From IMG/VR virus record IMGVR_UViG_3300042898_004326: a stretch of 64,000 nucleotides of DNA. One strand, written 5' to 3'. Origin of the DNA: an uncultured virus (IMG/VR IMGVR_UViG_3300042898_004326). Taxonomy: Duplodnaviria; Heunggongvirae; Uroviricota; Caudoviricetes. Below are positions 50,751-60,309 of this stretch, one piece after another. How positions within the stretch are numbered: the stretch's first letter is position 1; every line of letters starts with the position of its first letter. Under the pieces are notes generated by a model. The model ran no database searches and was not told where the DNA came from. It was given only the letters and a program-made list of their open reading frames with translations. The translations under genes were made by a program, and so were the position numbers.

Positions 50751-50900
50751 CTTCGTAGTTTATAAGTAATTGTTGTAATGTGATTGACTCCGGTATCTGT
50801 GTACATTTCGAGATGGTAATAATCCCCAATGCGAACCCATCCCTCGGAGATAACAGGAATGGGTTTGTGATTGTAAAGCATTTCTTTCTTTTGAAATTCT

Positions 50901-52640
50901 TTATAGTAGTGTGGGCTCAGGTTGAATTCCATGACCTCTTCCCCACGCTTGTGGTGAGAAGAACAAATCATTTTCATCAGATTGAATATCGATTTTGACA
51001 TTTAGTAATGATTTAAAATTTCCGTCTTCTGAGTATTGACCCGACTCACGATCAAACTCGTATTCTATTCTGCCTAGCTTACCTCTGAAGTGCCACTTGA
51101 TTTTCTGCACATGAACTTCAACCGGATCTTTCTGACCATTTTGAAATGAGCGATGTACTGCCAAGCCCCAATCAGGCACGTTAAAGAAATGATGAGACCC
51201 AGATATATCATACAACCTAGGCACATTATACCCAGCGGATGTCTTGTCCATTTTTCTAGGATGTGCGACCAATACGACCAATACATTGTTCTTTACTGCA
51301 AATTTCTTAAGTCTCCTAAGGAGGTTACCAATCTTTTCATTAGAGCTATCTTCATCTATATCATTTTCAATGTAATTGAACGGATCGAGCAATAGGCAAT
51401 CGATTCCGTTGCGTTTAACAAGCATTTCGGCAAGGCGTAGAAGATTGGTGATAGTATAATCTTCTAAGGTTTCTACATTGTAAAACCAAAAGTGATTGTT
51501 GATTATGTTGATGCCTTGCTCAATCTCATTTTGATTCATACTGCTCATAGGTTTACCAAGCAATTGCTCAGTCATGCGAGTAATCTTCAGCGGAGCAATA
51601 TTCTCTGGGGAGAACACACCGAACTTCCAATTCTTAAGATGGGCAAGGCGTACGAAAATGTAGTCCAACCATGTGCTCTTACCTGATCCCGGAATACCTG
51701 TAACCACACCTAACTCGCCACGATTCCATGAAATATGGTCATCGGTCTCAGACATACCTACTAGAGAGCCAATGGGGTATCCATCCTTATGGTAGGATAG
51801 AATTGTAGATAGGTAGTCAACTGCCGAGGAAATCTCGGCAACTGGCAATGCCTTGGCATTCTCGAATAGGCGTGTAATAAAGTCTTGACCGTAACGCTTC
51901 AAACAATCGTTCGCATCTTTCTCGTTCTCAGGGAACTCAATCATGCGAATGTCATGCCCACCAAATCTGCGAGCAATGTCTTCTTGCAACTTCCTGCCTG
52001 GCTCATCATTGTCCGTAGCGAGGTAGATTACTTTATCTGAGAACAGGTCGTAAGTAGCATCCAGCCAATCGAGATTATTATTGTTTTTAGAAGCACCGTT
52101 AGGCACAGAAATTGCTTTGAGGTCAGATTGGTACCAGACCATTGTTTCTTCTTCACCTTCGCATACAATAACATAACTACTATTCTTGATAGCATCAATG
52201 TTGTACGGAATTTTTCGAGCATCTTTGACCATCTTGAACTTCTTGTCAGCGGTCTTGAATTTGATATTAATGAGTTCTCCATCTAAATAATAATTAAAGC
52301 AAATTACACGGTGTTCCTTCTGATCCTGAGGCATCCATTCCCTGCCCTCTGTGACACCGAAAGCATCCAATGTGGCACGAGATATCTTACGCTTATCAAA
52401 GTACTCGTATACCCCATCAGTTTCAATTGGTTTCCTTGGTTCGGGTCTCACATATTGATTGACTGAACCACTCCATCCACAATGATGGCATTTCCACACA
52501 CCGGTATCGATGTTAACACCGAGGGATGGATCGCTCTTTTTCTTTCTGCTGTGAGCACACTTAGGACAGATTGTTTTAACTTCACCACTCCATCTATCTC
52601 GGAGATCTATACCTAGCTTAACTAGTTTATCTGCGTTCAT
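50901..52640 (-). CDS. Primase-helicase (T7 gp4 / Twinkle-like)
   Basis: CPKC...CHHC zinc finger, TOPRIM EGEEE and DNDEPG, Walker A GIPGSGKS, VAHPRK, YDISGS. Confidence 0.9.
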   Translation of the reverse strand: MNADKLVKLGIDLRDRWSGEVKTICPKCAHSRKKKSDPSLGVNIDTGVWKCHHCGWSGSVNQYVRPEPRKPIETDGVYEYFDKRKISRATLDAFGVTEGREWMPQDQKEHRVICFNYYLDGELINIKFKTADKKFKMVKDARKIPYNIDAIKNSSYVIVCEGEEETMVWYQSDLKAISVPNGASKNNNNLDWLDATYDLFSDKVIYLATDNDEPGRKLQEDIARRFGGHDIRMIEFPENEKDANDCLKRYGQDFITRLFENAKALPVAEISSAVDYLSTILSYHKDGYPIGSLVGMSETDDHISWNRGELGVVTGIPGSGKSTWLDYIFVRLAHLKNWKFGVFSPENIAPLKITRMTEQLLGKPMSSMNQNEIEQGINIINNHFWFYNVETLEDYTITNLLRLAEMLVKRNGIDCLLLDPFNYIENDIDEDSSNEKIGNLLRRLKKFAVKNNVLVVLVAHPRKMDKTSAGYNVPRLYDISGSHHFFNVPDWGLAVHRSFQNGQKDPVEVHVQKIKWHFRGKLGRIEYEFDRESGQYSEDGNFKSLLNVKIDIQSDENDLFFSPQAWGRGHGIQPEPTLL

Positions 52641-52857
52641 TGTAAGGCGGTACTAAGTTTGATATGGTCCATTGGGTTAATTCCAATGCCCGTTTATAAC
52701 CTTCTGCATAACCTTCGTAATAGCTCATTTGCTTTTGCTCCTTCTCCATTTCTTTGGCTTGTTCAATTACTTCATCTGGAATTTGTGCAGTATCACCATA
52801 TTTTCCGCATTCAATTAAGAACCACTCAACTGCCGTCTGTTGTTTATTGTTTGTCAT
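52627..52857 (-). CDS. Small hypothetical protein (QTAVEW family), copy A
   Basis: First 40 aa nearly identical to 53039-53275. Confidence 0.65.
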   Translation of the reverse strand: MTNNKQQTAVEWFLIECGKYGDTAQIPDEVIEQAKEMEKEQKQMSYYEGYAEGYKRALELTQWTISNLVPPYNERR

Positions 52858-53042
52858 TGCTCACCTCCTCCGTAGGTTTCAATTGCTTGTTTTACTTGTT
52901 CCCAATAGTTTGATAAATCCTCATCCTTGTCAACGGAGTTGATACTTAAAATTTCTTCAACACAAATCCTTGCGTTTATTTTACCATATCCTCCACGATT
53001 AAATAGATGTATTAAATAAATTGCATTTTCTTGTGGTGTCAT
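52854..53042 (-). CDS. Small hypothetical protein
   Basis: MTPQENA...CVEEIL...YWEQVKQAI; coupled to neighbours. Confidence 0.65.
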   Translation of the reverse strand: MTPQENAIYLIHLFNRGGYGKINARICVEEILSINSVDKDEDLSNYWEQVKQAIETYGGGEQ

Positions 53043-53275
53043 TGCTCACCTCCTCCGTAGGTTTGTTCGTAGTATTGTTCACCAGTTATTGGTAATGTAC
53101 TTTCAGGATAATCAATTCCATGAACTGTTCCTTTGTTGTATGCAGTTTCAATTCTTTCCTTCTCCATTTCTTTGGCTTGGTCAATTACTTCATCTGGAAT
53201 TTGTGCAGTATCACCATATTTTCCGCATTCAATTAAGAACCACTCAACTGCCGTCTGTTGTTTATTGTTTGTCAT
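53039..53275 (-). CDS. Small hypothetical protein (QTAVEW family), copy B
   Basis: QTAVEW...QAKEMEKERIETAY...EQYYEQTYGG. Confidence 0.65.
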   Translation of the reverse strand: MTNNKQQTAVEWFLIECGKYGDTAQIPDEVIDQAKEMEKERIETAYNKGTVHGIDYPESTLPITGEQYYEQTYGGGEQ

Positions 53276-53418
53276 TGCTTTGTTTTATTAAGTAAGTTAA
53301 CATAACCCTCTGCTTGTTCTTTGGTTGAGAACATACGTTTCAATTCTTGATTGATGTAAATACGCCATTGAGGAATACCATTGACATTGGCCTCAACTAT
53401 TAGTATCTCATTCTTCAT
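53272..53418 (-). CDS. Small hypothetical protein
   Basis: Not in track: MKNEILIVEANVNGIPQWRIYINQELKRMFSTKEQAEGYVNLLNKTKQ*. Confidence 0.5.
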   Translation of the reverse strand: MKNEILIVEANVNGIPQWRIYINQELKRMFSTKEQAEGYVNLLNKTKQ

Positions 53419-53668
53419 CCCACTCTCCATTTTGAATTGATTTAATTAAAGATTTAAAACTATCCCAAGTGTAAAACTTAACTGAGTAATCGAATATCGA
53501 ACCATACCAAACATTATCTCTATTATCATCTGGAGCCAAGTGCAGGCTTACACCATTGACAATTAATGTAAAATAATGATAAACCTTATCTCCGGTGTAT
53601 AGGGTTGTTAGCGTTTTTTTCTCGAACTGAAAGTCTTTTTTCAGTTGAATTGCATCTCGTAGAGTCAT
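53408..53668 (-). CDS. Hypothetical protein
   Basis: Likely start MTLRDAIQ at 53668, after an A-rich stretch. Confidence 0.5.
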   Translation of the reverse strand: MTLRDAIQLKKDFQFEKKTLTTLYTGDKVYHYFTLIVNGVSLHLAPDDNRDNVWYGSIFDYSVKFYTWDSFKSLIKSIQNGEWDEE

Positions 53669-53984
53669 ATATTTTTTTAATTTGGGTTTGAATATTTTCA
53701 AAAAATTCGTTAAAGTCAACGGGTTGATCTGGACAGCAGACACTTTGTGCCTTGGGGTTATGCTCACAGATTTTAAATGGGATTTCTTTTATCTCAATCA
53801 TAATTACTAGTTTTTTTGGTTTGTTTAATTTACACGGCATGATGATAGAATTAGTTCTTGGTGGTCTGTTGTGTGTACTCATCAATGTACATAATGGAAC
53901 GAATAGCAAAGTAACAACAGATAAACATACCAAGGATATAGAGAATCATCGCCATAAACTTTAGTAATCTTTTCATATGTTGTT

Positions 53985-54296
53985 TTACAAAATTATATTA
54001 TCTTTTTCAAAGTTCCAAGTTTTTATTGCAGCTTTCCAATTCTTCATCTTGTTCTTGCCAATCATCCAATTCTTGGATTCGTAGAAGTTCCAGAACTTAT
54101 CTGCTTGCATAAAGGGATGGCGTACATTCTGTCTCTTGAGTTCCATCCCAACTTCCTGTAACGATGGTGGCTCAAATCGTTTACTCTTGGGTTCTTTGAT
54201 TTTCTCCAATGTTTCCACTACTGCCTCATTGGTTCTCCATCTTGGTTCTATCTGGTCGAGGATGTACTCGAAGAGATCAACTATTTCCTTGCTCAT
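53985..54296 (-). CDS. Replication-initiator C-terminal-like protein
   Basis: FEPPSLQEV...KFWNFYESKNWMIGKNKMKNWKAAIKTW. Confidence 0.6.
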   Translation of the reverse strand: MSKEIVDLFEYILDQIEPRWRTNEAVVETLEKIKEPKSKRFEPPSLQEVGMELKRQNVRHPFMQADKFWNFYESKNWMIGKNKMKNWKAAIKTWNFEKDNIIL

Positions 54297-54612
54297 AAGA
54301 TTTTTTTACTGCGTTCAACATGATTGTTTCTGTTTCGAATTCTTCTTGGTTATCATACCATTCTTTGCTTCTGGCGATGCTCTGTAGTACCGTAGAGTGA
54401 TTCTTTAAGCCCACCATCCTTGCGATTGTCTCCAATGTAAACAAGTTGCTGTTGTATAGCATATGGATATAAATGTGGCGTAGTACTACCTCTGTAGTGC
54501 CACGACCTCTGCGTGTTTCCCAAAGCAACCTTGGTACACCAGTACCTTCTTCGATTGCATCGATAATTCTATTTTTGGTCTGCGATTGCAGTTTTGTTTC
54601 TAAGTACATCAT
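54277..54612 (-). CDS. DnaA C-terminal-like HTH protein
   Basis: VVLRHI...TLETIARMVGLKNHSTVLQS matches the DnaA domain IV pattern. Confidence 0.65.
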   Translation of the reverse strand: MMYLETKLQSQTKNRIIDAIEEGTGVPRLLWETRRGRGTTEVVLRHIYIHMLYNSNLFTLETIARMVGLKNHSTVLQSIARSKEWYDNQEEFETETIMLNAVKKSYEQGNS

Positions 54613-54613
54613 G

Positions 54614-55108
54614 TTATTTAAGATTTTTGATTTTGTCTATGTAAGTTGGATCGGAGGCGTACCTGCCGTTGATTGATTGTAAGTAATGGTCTTGGATGTG
54701 GATGTAACATTTGATGTTGTCCTGATAGGTTTTGTACTTGGCATACACCCCATGCTTGCCACAGATATAGTGGCATTTGTGGTATGTGATGCCGAACATA
54801 TTTTTTGCGTTCTTTCCCACATTGCTCTTGCCAACATTTGATTCTAATTTCGCTTGAGCCAATGCCACATTGGGCAGAACACAACCATTCTCGTGCAAAC
54901 ATTTAACAATTGCCTCTTCAGACAATTCAATATCCTTGTGTTTTTCAGTAGTTGGTTTCACAACTTTGTAAACGATTCTGATGGATTCTTCCCGGAAGAA
55001 GAATATCACAGTAGCACCGATGAGCAGGAGCAATAGTGCGATGCTGAAGAACTTGTATTTATTTCTTGTTGGTACAAGCTCAAGATTGTTGGTTAATTTG
55101 TAATTCAT
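54614..55108 (-). CDS. Membrane-anchored GH73 glucosaminidase (FlgJ-like)
   Basis: N-terminal TM; ALAQAKLES, KNMFGI and YASDPTY. Confidence 0.75.
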   Translation of the reverse strand: MNYKLTNNLELVPTRNKYKFFSIALLLLLIGATVIFFFREESIRIVYKVVKPTTEKHKDIELSEEAIVKCLHENGCVLPNVALAQAKLESNVGKSNVGKNAKNMFGITYHKCHYICGKHGVYAKYKTYQDNIKCYIHIQDHYLQSINGRYASDPTYIDKIKNLK

Positions 55109-55775
55109 ATATGTTGTTTTTTAAGATTTTCTGAATTGTAACTGCATGAAATTTTCCATTTTTACTGCCCTTAATTCCTTGAGAATTAAAGTGTTCAGCA
55201 ATTTGGCGTAGGCTTTGTCCTTCAGCTTTGAGTGTAGTGATTGTCTCTACAATAAGCATTTGCTCTGGGTCTCTGATCAATACTCCATCTTGATTCTTAT
55301 AACCAAGGGGAGGATAGGCACAATAGACCTTCTTGTTTTTCTTTAGGGTGGCTTTTACGGATCGTGTATACTCACCGGTAACATCCGATTGATACTCGGC
55401 AAAAACTGCCATAAGATTTCGCATGGCTTTGCCTGACGAACCGCTCATCTCTGGTTCCTCGATAGAATAGAACTTAATTTTCTTTTTTTCGAGTATATCC
55501 ATTTGGTTGAGAAAGTCTCGGAGATTACGAGCAAAACGAGTGCTGTGCCATACTATGAGAGTAGAGATGTCTCCCTTGTTGATTCGTTTCATCATCTCCT
55601 GAAACCCAGGTCTCTTAAGATTTTTTCCACTATAACCGGCATCCTCATAAATATTTTCCAGAAAGATGCCCTTTTTCTGACAAAAGTCTATAATTCTTTC
55701 CACTTGGTTATCAAGTGATGTACCTTTTTCCGCTTGCATATCTGTTGATACACGGATGTAACCGATCGCTTTCAT
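55080..55775 (-). CDS. Serine recombinase (resolvase catalytic domain plus short recombinase domain)
   Basis: GYIRVSTDMQ, EDAGYSG..LKRPG, TRFARN, PPLGY. Confidence 0.9.
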   Translation of the reverse strand: MKAIGYIRVSTDMQAEKGTSLDNQVERIIDFCQKKGIFLENIYEDAGYSGKNLKRPGFQEMMKRINKGDISTLIVWHSTRFARNLRDFLNQMDILEKKKIKFYSIEEPEMSGSSGKAMRNLMAVFAEYQSDVTGEYTRSVKATLKKNKKVYCAYPPLGYKNQDGVLIRDPEQMLIVETITTLKAEGQSLRQIAEHFNSQGIKGSKNGKFHAVTIQKILKNNIYELQINQQS

Positions 55776-56059
55776 GTGTTTCTTCCTTTCAATACTTTGG
55801 TGATAAATTCTTGTTTACTCATGCTCTTCATGATGCAGTACTCATCAAGGTATGGCATCAGATGGTCTTTTACCGGTATGGTTAATTTGATTCTTTCTTT
55901 GTGTTTGATTAAGTCTCTCTCCAATAGAGAACGGTGAGATCGTACACGATTCTCCACAGCCACAGATAATGCATCCAGAGCTATCTTGGCAGATTCAAAT
56001 CGTGCGATGAATTCTTGGTAATCTTGTACAGGAACAAATACATCAATCGTCTTCATCAT
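55772..56059 (-). CDS. Hypothetical protein with possible C-terminal ribbon-helix-helix
   Basis: KLTIPV...LDEYC...MSKQEFITKVL. Confidence 0.5.
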   Translation of the reverse strand: MMKTIDVFVPVQDYQEFIARFESAKIALDALSVAVENRVRSHRSLLERDLIKHKERIKLTIPVKDHLMPYLDEYCIMKSMSKQEFITKVLKGRNT

Positions 56060-56447
56060 CGTAGATATAACATTGGTTTTCGATATCGTAGATTTCTTCT
56101 GATGGGATATCCAAGTCTTCTGCTACCCGTATTGCTTCAGAGAAGTCAGCAAAGAACAAATCCATGGTCACTTGATAGAAACTTTCTGTGGCAGATATGT
56201 CTACATACAAGGCTTTCTCGAAGTCATAATCAGCATCATATGTTGCACGCATATCTGCAATATTTTCTTCAATCTCTTCGACAATCTTTTCGAAAGGCAC
56301 TAAGTCAACCAAGTCTTCAAAATAGAAATCCAAGGGGACAAGGTATCCAACCGATCTGAATGTGAAATCGAATGGATTGTAACTAACTTGACCATGATCG
56401 ATCAGATGCTTGTGAATTTTTACGAATTCAATATTATCTCTTTGCAT
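56043..56447 (-). CDS. Very acidic hypothetical protein
   Basis: 134 aa, D/E-rich. Confidence 0.6.
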   Translation of the reverse strand: MQRDNIEFVKIHKHLIDHGQVSYNPFDFTFRSVGYLVPLDFYFEDLVDLVPFEKIVEEIEENIADMRATYDADYDFEKALYVDISATESFYQVTMDLFFADFSEAIRVAEDLDIPSEEIYDIENQCYIYDDEDD

Positions 56448-57040
56448 AATTCATAGGGGATTTGTGAGCGTAGATAAGAACCTTTAAGACCTTGCGTACC
56501 AGTGGTACTACCACGAGGAGCAGAGATGTGGCAAGACATACCATTTTTACAAGCCTGACGGGGTTGCCAATTGTAATTGTTGGTCCAGATATCGGTTGGT
56601 TTCATCCGACTATCTCCATACTGACAATAGGTGACGGTGTTGCGGACATGGAGTATTTCAACCCAAGCATCTACTTTACGCATCATACCACGAGGATTTT
56701 CAATGTACCATATGAGATTGGGATTCAATTTCTTATAGTGTTCGATGATGCTGATCGTTTTTTTGAGAATCTGTAAGCCCATGAGAGCATCTTGTGTTTT
56801 GGGTCTCCGTTCCATATCCCAATGTTTACCTATAGACGCAACAGAGAATGTAGTACAAGGTGGTGATGCCCATATCATGTCCGGGATGAACGGTACCTTA
56901 TGCACATCAAATTTATTGATGTCTACAGCATAGTCAATACCATCGAATTGTTGCCAATCAGATGAGAATACTTCGTGACCTAATTCATCACATACTTTGC
57001 CGATCGATCGGCTACCTGCGAATAGTTCTAATACTTTCAT
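56420..57040 (-). CDS. C5 cytosine DNA methyltransferase (short form)
   Basis: LELFAGS, WASPPC, IENP, YCQYG..RMKPT. Confidence 0.85.
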   Translation of the reverse strand: MKVLELFAGSRSIGKVCDELGHEVFSSDWQQFDGIDYAVDINKFDVHKVPFIPDMIWASPPCTTFSVASIGKHWDMERRPKTQDALMGLQILKKTISIIEHYKKLNPNLIWYIENPRGMMRKVDAWVEILHVRNTVTYCQYGDSRMKPTDIWTNNYNWQPRQACKNGMSCHISAPRGSTTGTQGLKGSYLRSQIPYELCKEIILNS

Positions 57041-57042
57041 GG

Positions 57043-57312
57043 TTAAAATGGTTCGTTAGCTGGTTGATAATGGGTTAATGCATCGAGATGGTCTTCAAGT
57101 TTTAAGTTGATGAATTCGCAGATGTCATCTTCGTATTCAGCAAAAAAGTCCTCCATAATGATTTTCTTATCTATCTGACTCATCGTTTTAAGTGAATCAT
57201 TCTGACCGATGGCAATCATTCGAGCATCGATATCAGCAGGTGTCCATTGTAAGCAAGAGGGAAATATAAATCCCTTTTCCTCAAGTAGTTTGATTAGTGT
57301 ATCAGTTCTCAT
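57043..57312 (-). CDS. Hypothetical early protein
   Basis: Tightly packed minus-strand operon. Confidence 0.6.
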   Translation of the reverse strand: MRTDTLIKLLEEKGFIFPSCLQWTPADIDARMIAIGQNDSLKTMSQIDKKIIMEDFFAEYEDDICEFINLKLEDHLDALTHYQPANEPF

Positions 57313-57632
57313 TTGTTTATGTATATAGTTTGTACTTTGGTTCTACTGAACTCTCCCCATTTGTCTGTGTACTCTTTGAGGACAATCTCGAAGATGTAGT
57401 CATCAATAGATTCTACATGGTATTTGCCTGATGCCATTTTCTGTAGTGCGTTGATAATCTTGCGAGAGTTACGCTCCAAGGTGTGGTAATTACCACCACA
57501 TCCACAGCGACAGCAGTTACCCCGACCTTCATACATCTGGTCAATTTGACCTAAGGAAATGGTTGTTTTTCTTGGCTGTTGTGCTTCCATTTCAGGAGAG
57601 CGATAAGGTGTGTGTTCGATTGTAAATGTCAT
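57309..57632 (-). CDS. Hypothetical protein with CCRCGCGGNY motif
   Basis: YEGRGNCCRCGCGGNY. Confidence 0.65.
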   Translation of the reverse strand: MTFTIEHTPYRSPEMEAQQPRKTTISLGQIDQMYEGRGNCCRCGCGGNYHTLERNSRKIINALQKMASGKYHVESIDDYIFEIVLKEYTDKWGEFSRTKVQTIYINK

Positions 57633-57637
57633 ATCTT

Positions 57638-57919
57638 TTAGTCTTTATAAATTCCGATAACGCCAGGGTTAACCCATTGTGCAAAGTAACCATTCTTTTC
57701 AAGGAAGGCTGTTAGTTCTGTACTCACACCCAAATCGTAGTATTTGTAGTCTTGAGTCCAATAGTTGAACATATCGTATCCACGAGAGTCCATCACCGGC
57801 TCTTCTGCTGAGACAGAGAAACAATCGGGTGAGTTTTCAGTCCATCCATTGCCATCGGCAAAGATTAACATTTTGGGATATTTTTTGATCAGTTGTTTGA
57901 TGAGAGATTCTTTTTTCAT
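57638..57919 (-). CDS. Hypothetical early protein
   Basis: FNYW...GV...L..FLEKNGYFAQWVNPG. Confidence 0.65.
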   Translation of the reverse strand: MKKESLIKQLIKKYPKMLIFADGNGWTENSPDCFSVSAEEPVMDSRGYDMFNYWTQDYKYYDLGVSTELTAFLEKNGYFAQWVNPGVIGIYKD

Positions 57920-58140
57920 AATACTATTCTTTGTGGTTCGATGAAATGTAAAATTCTATATTGGGGTAATGCTTCATTCAAGGCATTTAGGTAATCACTG
58001 TGATCGTACCATACATCCTTTTCTCTTTCCTCCTTGACCATAGGTTCTAAGACCTTTTCGATTTCTTCGATAGGTGCATCTGTGACAATGAGAAAATCTT
58101 CTTCATTGTATGCTGTAGTGTTGATTTGATAAAGCTCCAT
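57916..58140 (-). CDS. Hypothetical early protein
   Basis: INTTAYNEEDFLIVTD; coupled to neighbours. Confidence 0.6.
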   Translation of the reverse strand: MELYQINTTAYNEEDFLIVTDAPIEEIEKVLEPMVKEEREKDVWYDHSDYLNALNEALPQYRILHFIEPQRIVL

Positions 58141-58142
58141 GA

Positions 58143-58838
58143 TTATTTTAGTTTATGTTCAGTTAAAGTTGATTGTGCTACGGGACTATTGGTATCGAAA
58201 TCGTAGTAGTAACCTACTTCAGCCGGAGCATTCATACCACCATCGACAATTTCAGTAAGCAATTTTGTAATCATACCATCGTTTGTTAGGATACCTGTTT
58301 CAGACCATTCTGGTGCATCGTACTCATGATGACTAACCCGAATACCATCTAAATATTCAATCTCTCCTCCCCATCCTTGCTCCTCTTCATAGCATAGAAG
58401 AAAATCGGGAAAATCAACAGCAATTAAATCAAGTATGGATAGGTCAAACATTGCCCAAGCCGTAGCAAAATGCAATGTATCACCATCCAATTCTTGGTCA
58501 TAACATCCCCATTTTGTTCCCCAATTCTCGCAAGCCCAATCATACCAATTGTCTACAGAATACTTATCAAGTAATGCCGTCTGCATCTTCTTGGTGATGG
58601 GGAACGGTTCGTAAAACCATTGCTGAGATCGATCAATCTTTTTGTTTTCCTTCATCTGTTTTTCGTATTCTTTTGGAGTCACAACACGAGTAGGTGATGT
58701 AGTTTTACGAATCTCATCCGGCATAGGACGATAATATCCGCAGATACCATTAGGAGTTACAGATATCTGATGTAATTTTTGTTTCTGGTCCTCAGTTAAA
58801 AGGCTGAAAGCAATGTGAGAGAATACATGATTTGGCAT
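58143..58838 (-). CDS. DUF1281 / YubB ferredoxin-like protein
   Basis: MPNH...NWYDWACENWGTKW...FATAW. Confidence 0.7.
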   Translation of the reverse strand: MPNHVFSHIAFSLLTEDQKQKLHQISVTPNGICGYYRPMPDEIRKTTSPTRVVTPKEYEKQMKENKKIDRSQQWFYEPFPITKKMQTALLDKYSVDNWYDWACENWGTKWGCYDQELDGDTLHFATAWAMFDLSILDLIAVDFPDFLLCYEEEQGWGGEIEYLDGIRVSHHEYDAPEWSETGILTNDGMITKLLTEIVDGGMNAPAEVGYYYDFDTNSPVAQSTLTEHKLK

Positions 58839-58842
58839 GGTC

Positions 58843-58980
58843 TTATTTTTCTAATTGGTTAACTTTATCCCAAGCCCAATTTAAGGCTTGAATGATTTTC
58901 TCTGTTGGTTCATCTTGCTCGTAGGTTAAAAGCACATTGATTGCCTGATCGATACCATCTAAAATTTCTTGTTTGGTCAT
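58843..58980 (-). CDS. Small hypothetical protein
   Basis: Not in track: MTKQEILDGIDQAINVLLTYEQDEPTEKIIQALNWAWDKVNQLEK*. Confidence 0.55.
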   Translation of the reverse strand: MTKQEILDGIDQAINVLLTYEQDEPTEKIIQALNWAWDKVNQLEK

Positions 58981-58984
58981 GGTC

Positions 58985-59266
58985 TTATTTGATTTGATTG
59001 ATTAAAATTTCGGTTTGGTTTACTTTGATTAATGTCTGCACATTGATTAAACGATAGTCTTTCTTTTGGAAATCGTAGATAGTTACATATCCCCTTTCTG
59101 AAGGTTTGTAGGCTTGTGGTTTGGCGTTAGGCTTAAGATGTTTTGTTACGCCAGTTCTACCTACAATTTTACGGATCGATCCATCTTTCTTTACGAATTC
59201 AGCAGAGAAAATCTTCTTGCTTTTCATGATTTCTAAGGCTTGCTTAGTTGTGATTTGGTTTTTCAT
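58985..59266 (-). CDS. SH3-fold (WYL_2-like) protein
   Basis: FSAEFVKKDGSIR...YDFQKKDYRLIN; likely start 59266 with TATATTCG box upstream. Confidence 0.6.
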   Translation of the reverse strand: MKNQITTKQALEIMKSKKIFSAEFVKKDGSIRKIVGRTGVTKHLKPNAKPQAYKPSERGYVTIYDFQKKDYRLINVQTLIKVNQTEILINQIK

Positions 59267-59342
59267 AATGTTGTTTAAATGTTGTTTAGTGATGCGAATA
59301 TAGTTATTTTTATTAATTATACAAAATTTTACAGAATTTTTT

Positions 59343-60101
59343 TTATTTATTTTGCTCGACTGCTGATGATGATAGATGAGAGCTGTCCTGAAAATGACCA
59401 GTATTGTGGACACCGGAGTGCCCAGGATTTAGGACATTTTGCTGTCCAATAATGTAGTCAGAATATTGGTGAGCAATTGCCTTCGCCATGCCAAGGAAAG
59501 TTTTGTTGCGGATCTTTTGTCGTTCGATTGGATTGGATGTTTTCTGAAATGCATCGGCATACCATTTTGGTTGGCGTTTAATTCTCCCCGTCTTTTTGCA
59601 TTGCCATTCTATAAATTCACCTTTGGAGACAATATCTGTAGGCTGTAGGTTTGGCAGATTCTTCAGCCACAAGCAAGTTGATTTTTGGAATGGGTCTCCG
59701 AATTGCCAAGGCTGAACAATCTGATTAGGTTTGCGATATGCAGATGACATGATACCTATAGGATTCTCAACAGCAATATGTGGGATATTTGCATTCATGA
59801 GCTCCATGAAGAAATCGATACCATTCTGCCTATCTTTTTCCCTTGTAGGATATTTCTCTTTGTATTCCTCTTTAAACCATCGGTTTCCCGCCAGTGTTAG
59901 GTATGTGCATGGTGGATGTGCAATCATTAAATCCCATTGGTATGCATTGATTACATTACGCACATCGCATTGGTAGTGATAAGGTGAGTTATCATCAGAT
60001 GGTTCGATATCGCATGAGAATGCATCATGTCCCAACTTACGGAATTCATTACGCAAAACTCCGCTAAATTCACAAGCAATTAATATTTTCAATTTTTTCA
60101 T
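59343..60101 (-). CDS. C5 cytosine DNA methyltransferase-like protein
   Basis: LIACEFSG, IAHPPCTYL, VENP, QPWQFG, KSTCLWLKNLP. Confidence 0.8.
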   Translation of the reverse strand: MKKLKILIACEFSGVLRNEFRKLGHDAFSCDIEPSDDNSPYHYQCDVRNVINAYQWDLMIAHPPCTYLTLAGNRWFKEEYKEKYPTREKDRQNGIDFFMELMNANIPHIAVENPIGIMSSAYRKPNQIVQPWQFGDPFQKSTCLWLKNLPNLQPTDIVSKGEFIEWQCKKTGRIKRQPKWYADAFQKTSNPIERQKIRNKTFLGMAKAIAHQYSDYIIGQQNVLNPGHSGVHNTGHFQDSSHLSSSAVEQNK

Positions 60102-60309
60102 AGTTTTTCGATTAGTTTAATGATTTGGTTTGGCGTTTCTTTTACTTCGAATCCTCCATTGTTGTGAGTTGTTACTCCGAGTCTTGTAAGGCATTCGATT
60201 GGTTTATTATATTTTGTTGAGCCGGGTACACGATAGCAATGTCCAATGTGATTGGGATTGATATAAATATTTCCCAATCCATTTACTAATGTTAGTTTAA
60301 TTAATTTCA
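60098..60309 (-). CDS. Small hypothetical protein (paralog of next ORF)
   Basis: MKLIKLT...IYINPNHI...VKETPNQI; start approximate. Confidence 0.55.

Larger units (their letters stand above)
52739..53279. repeat. Nested direct repeats
   Basis: 123 bp at 52739-52861 and 53157-53279 (one mismatch seen); 28 bp at 52852-52879 and 53037-53064. Confidence 0.9.

Noticed and set aside
42351..52640. Introns or inteins in nrdJ, terL, polB or primase
   Set aside because: All are continuous ORFs of ordinary length without evident splicing or homing-endonuclease motifs
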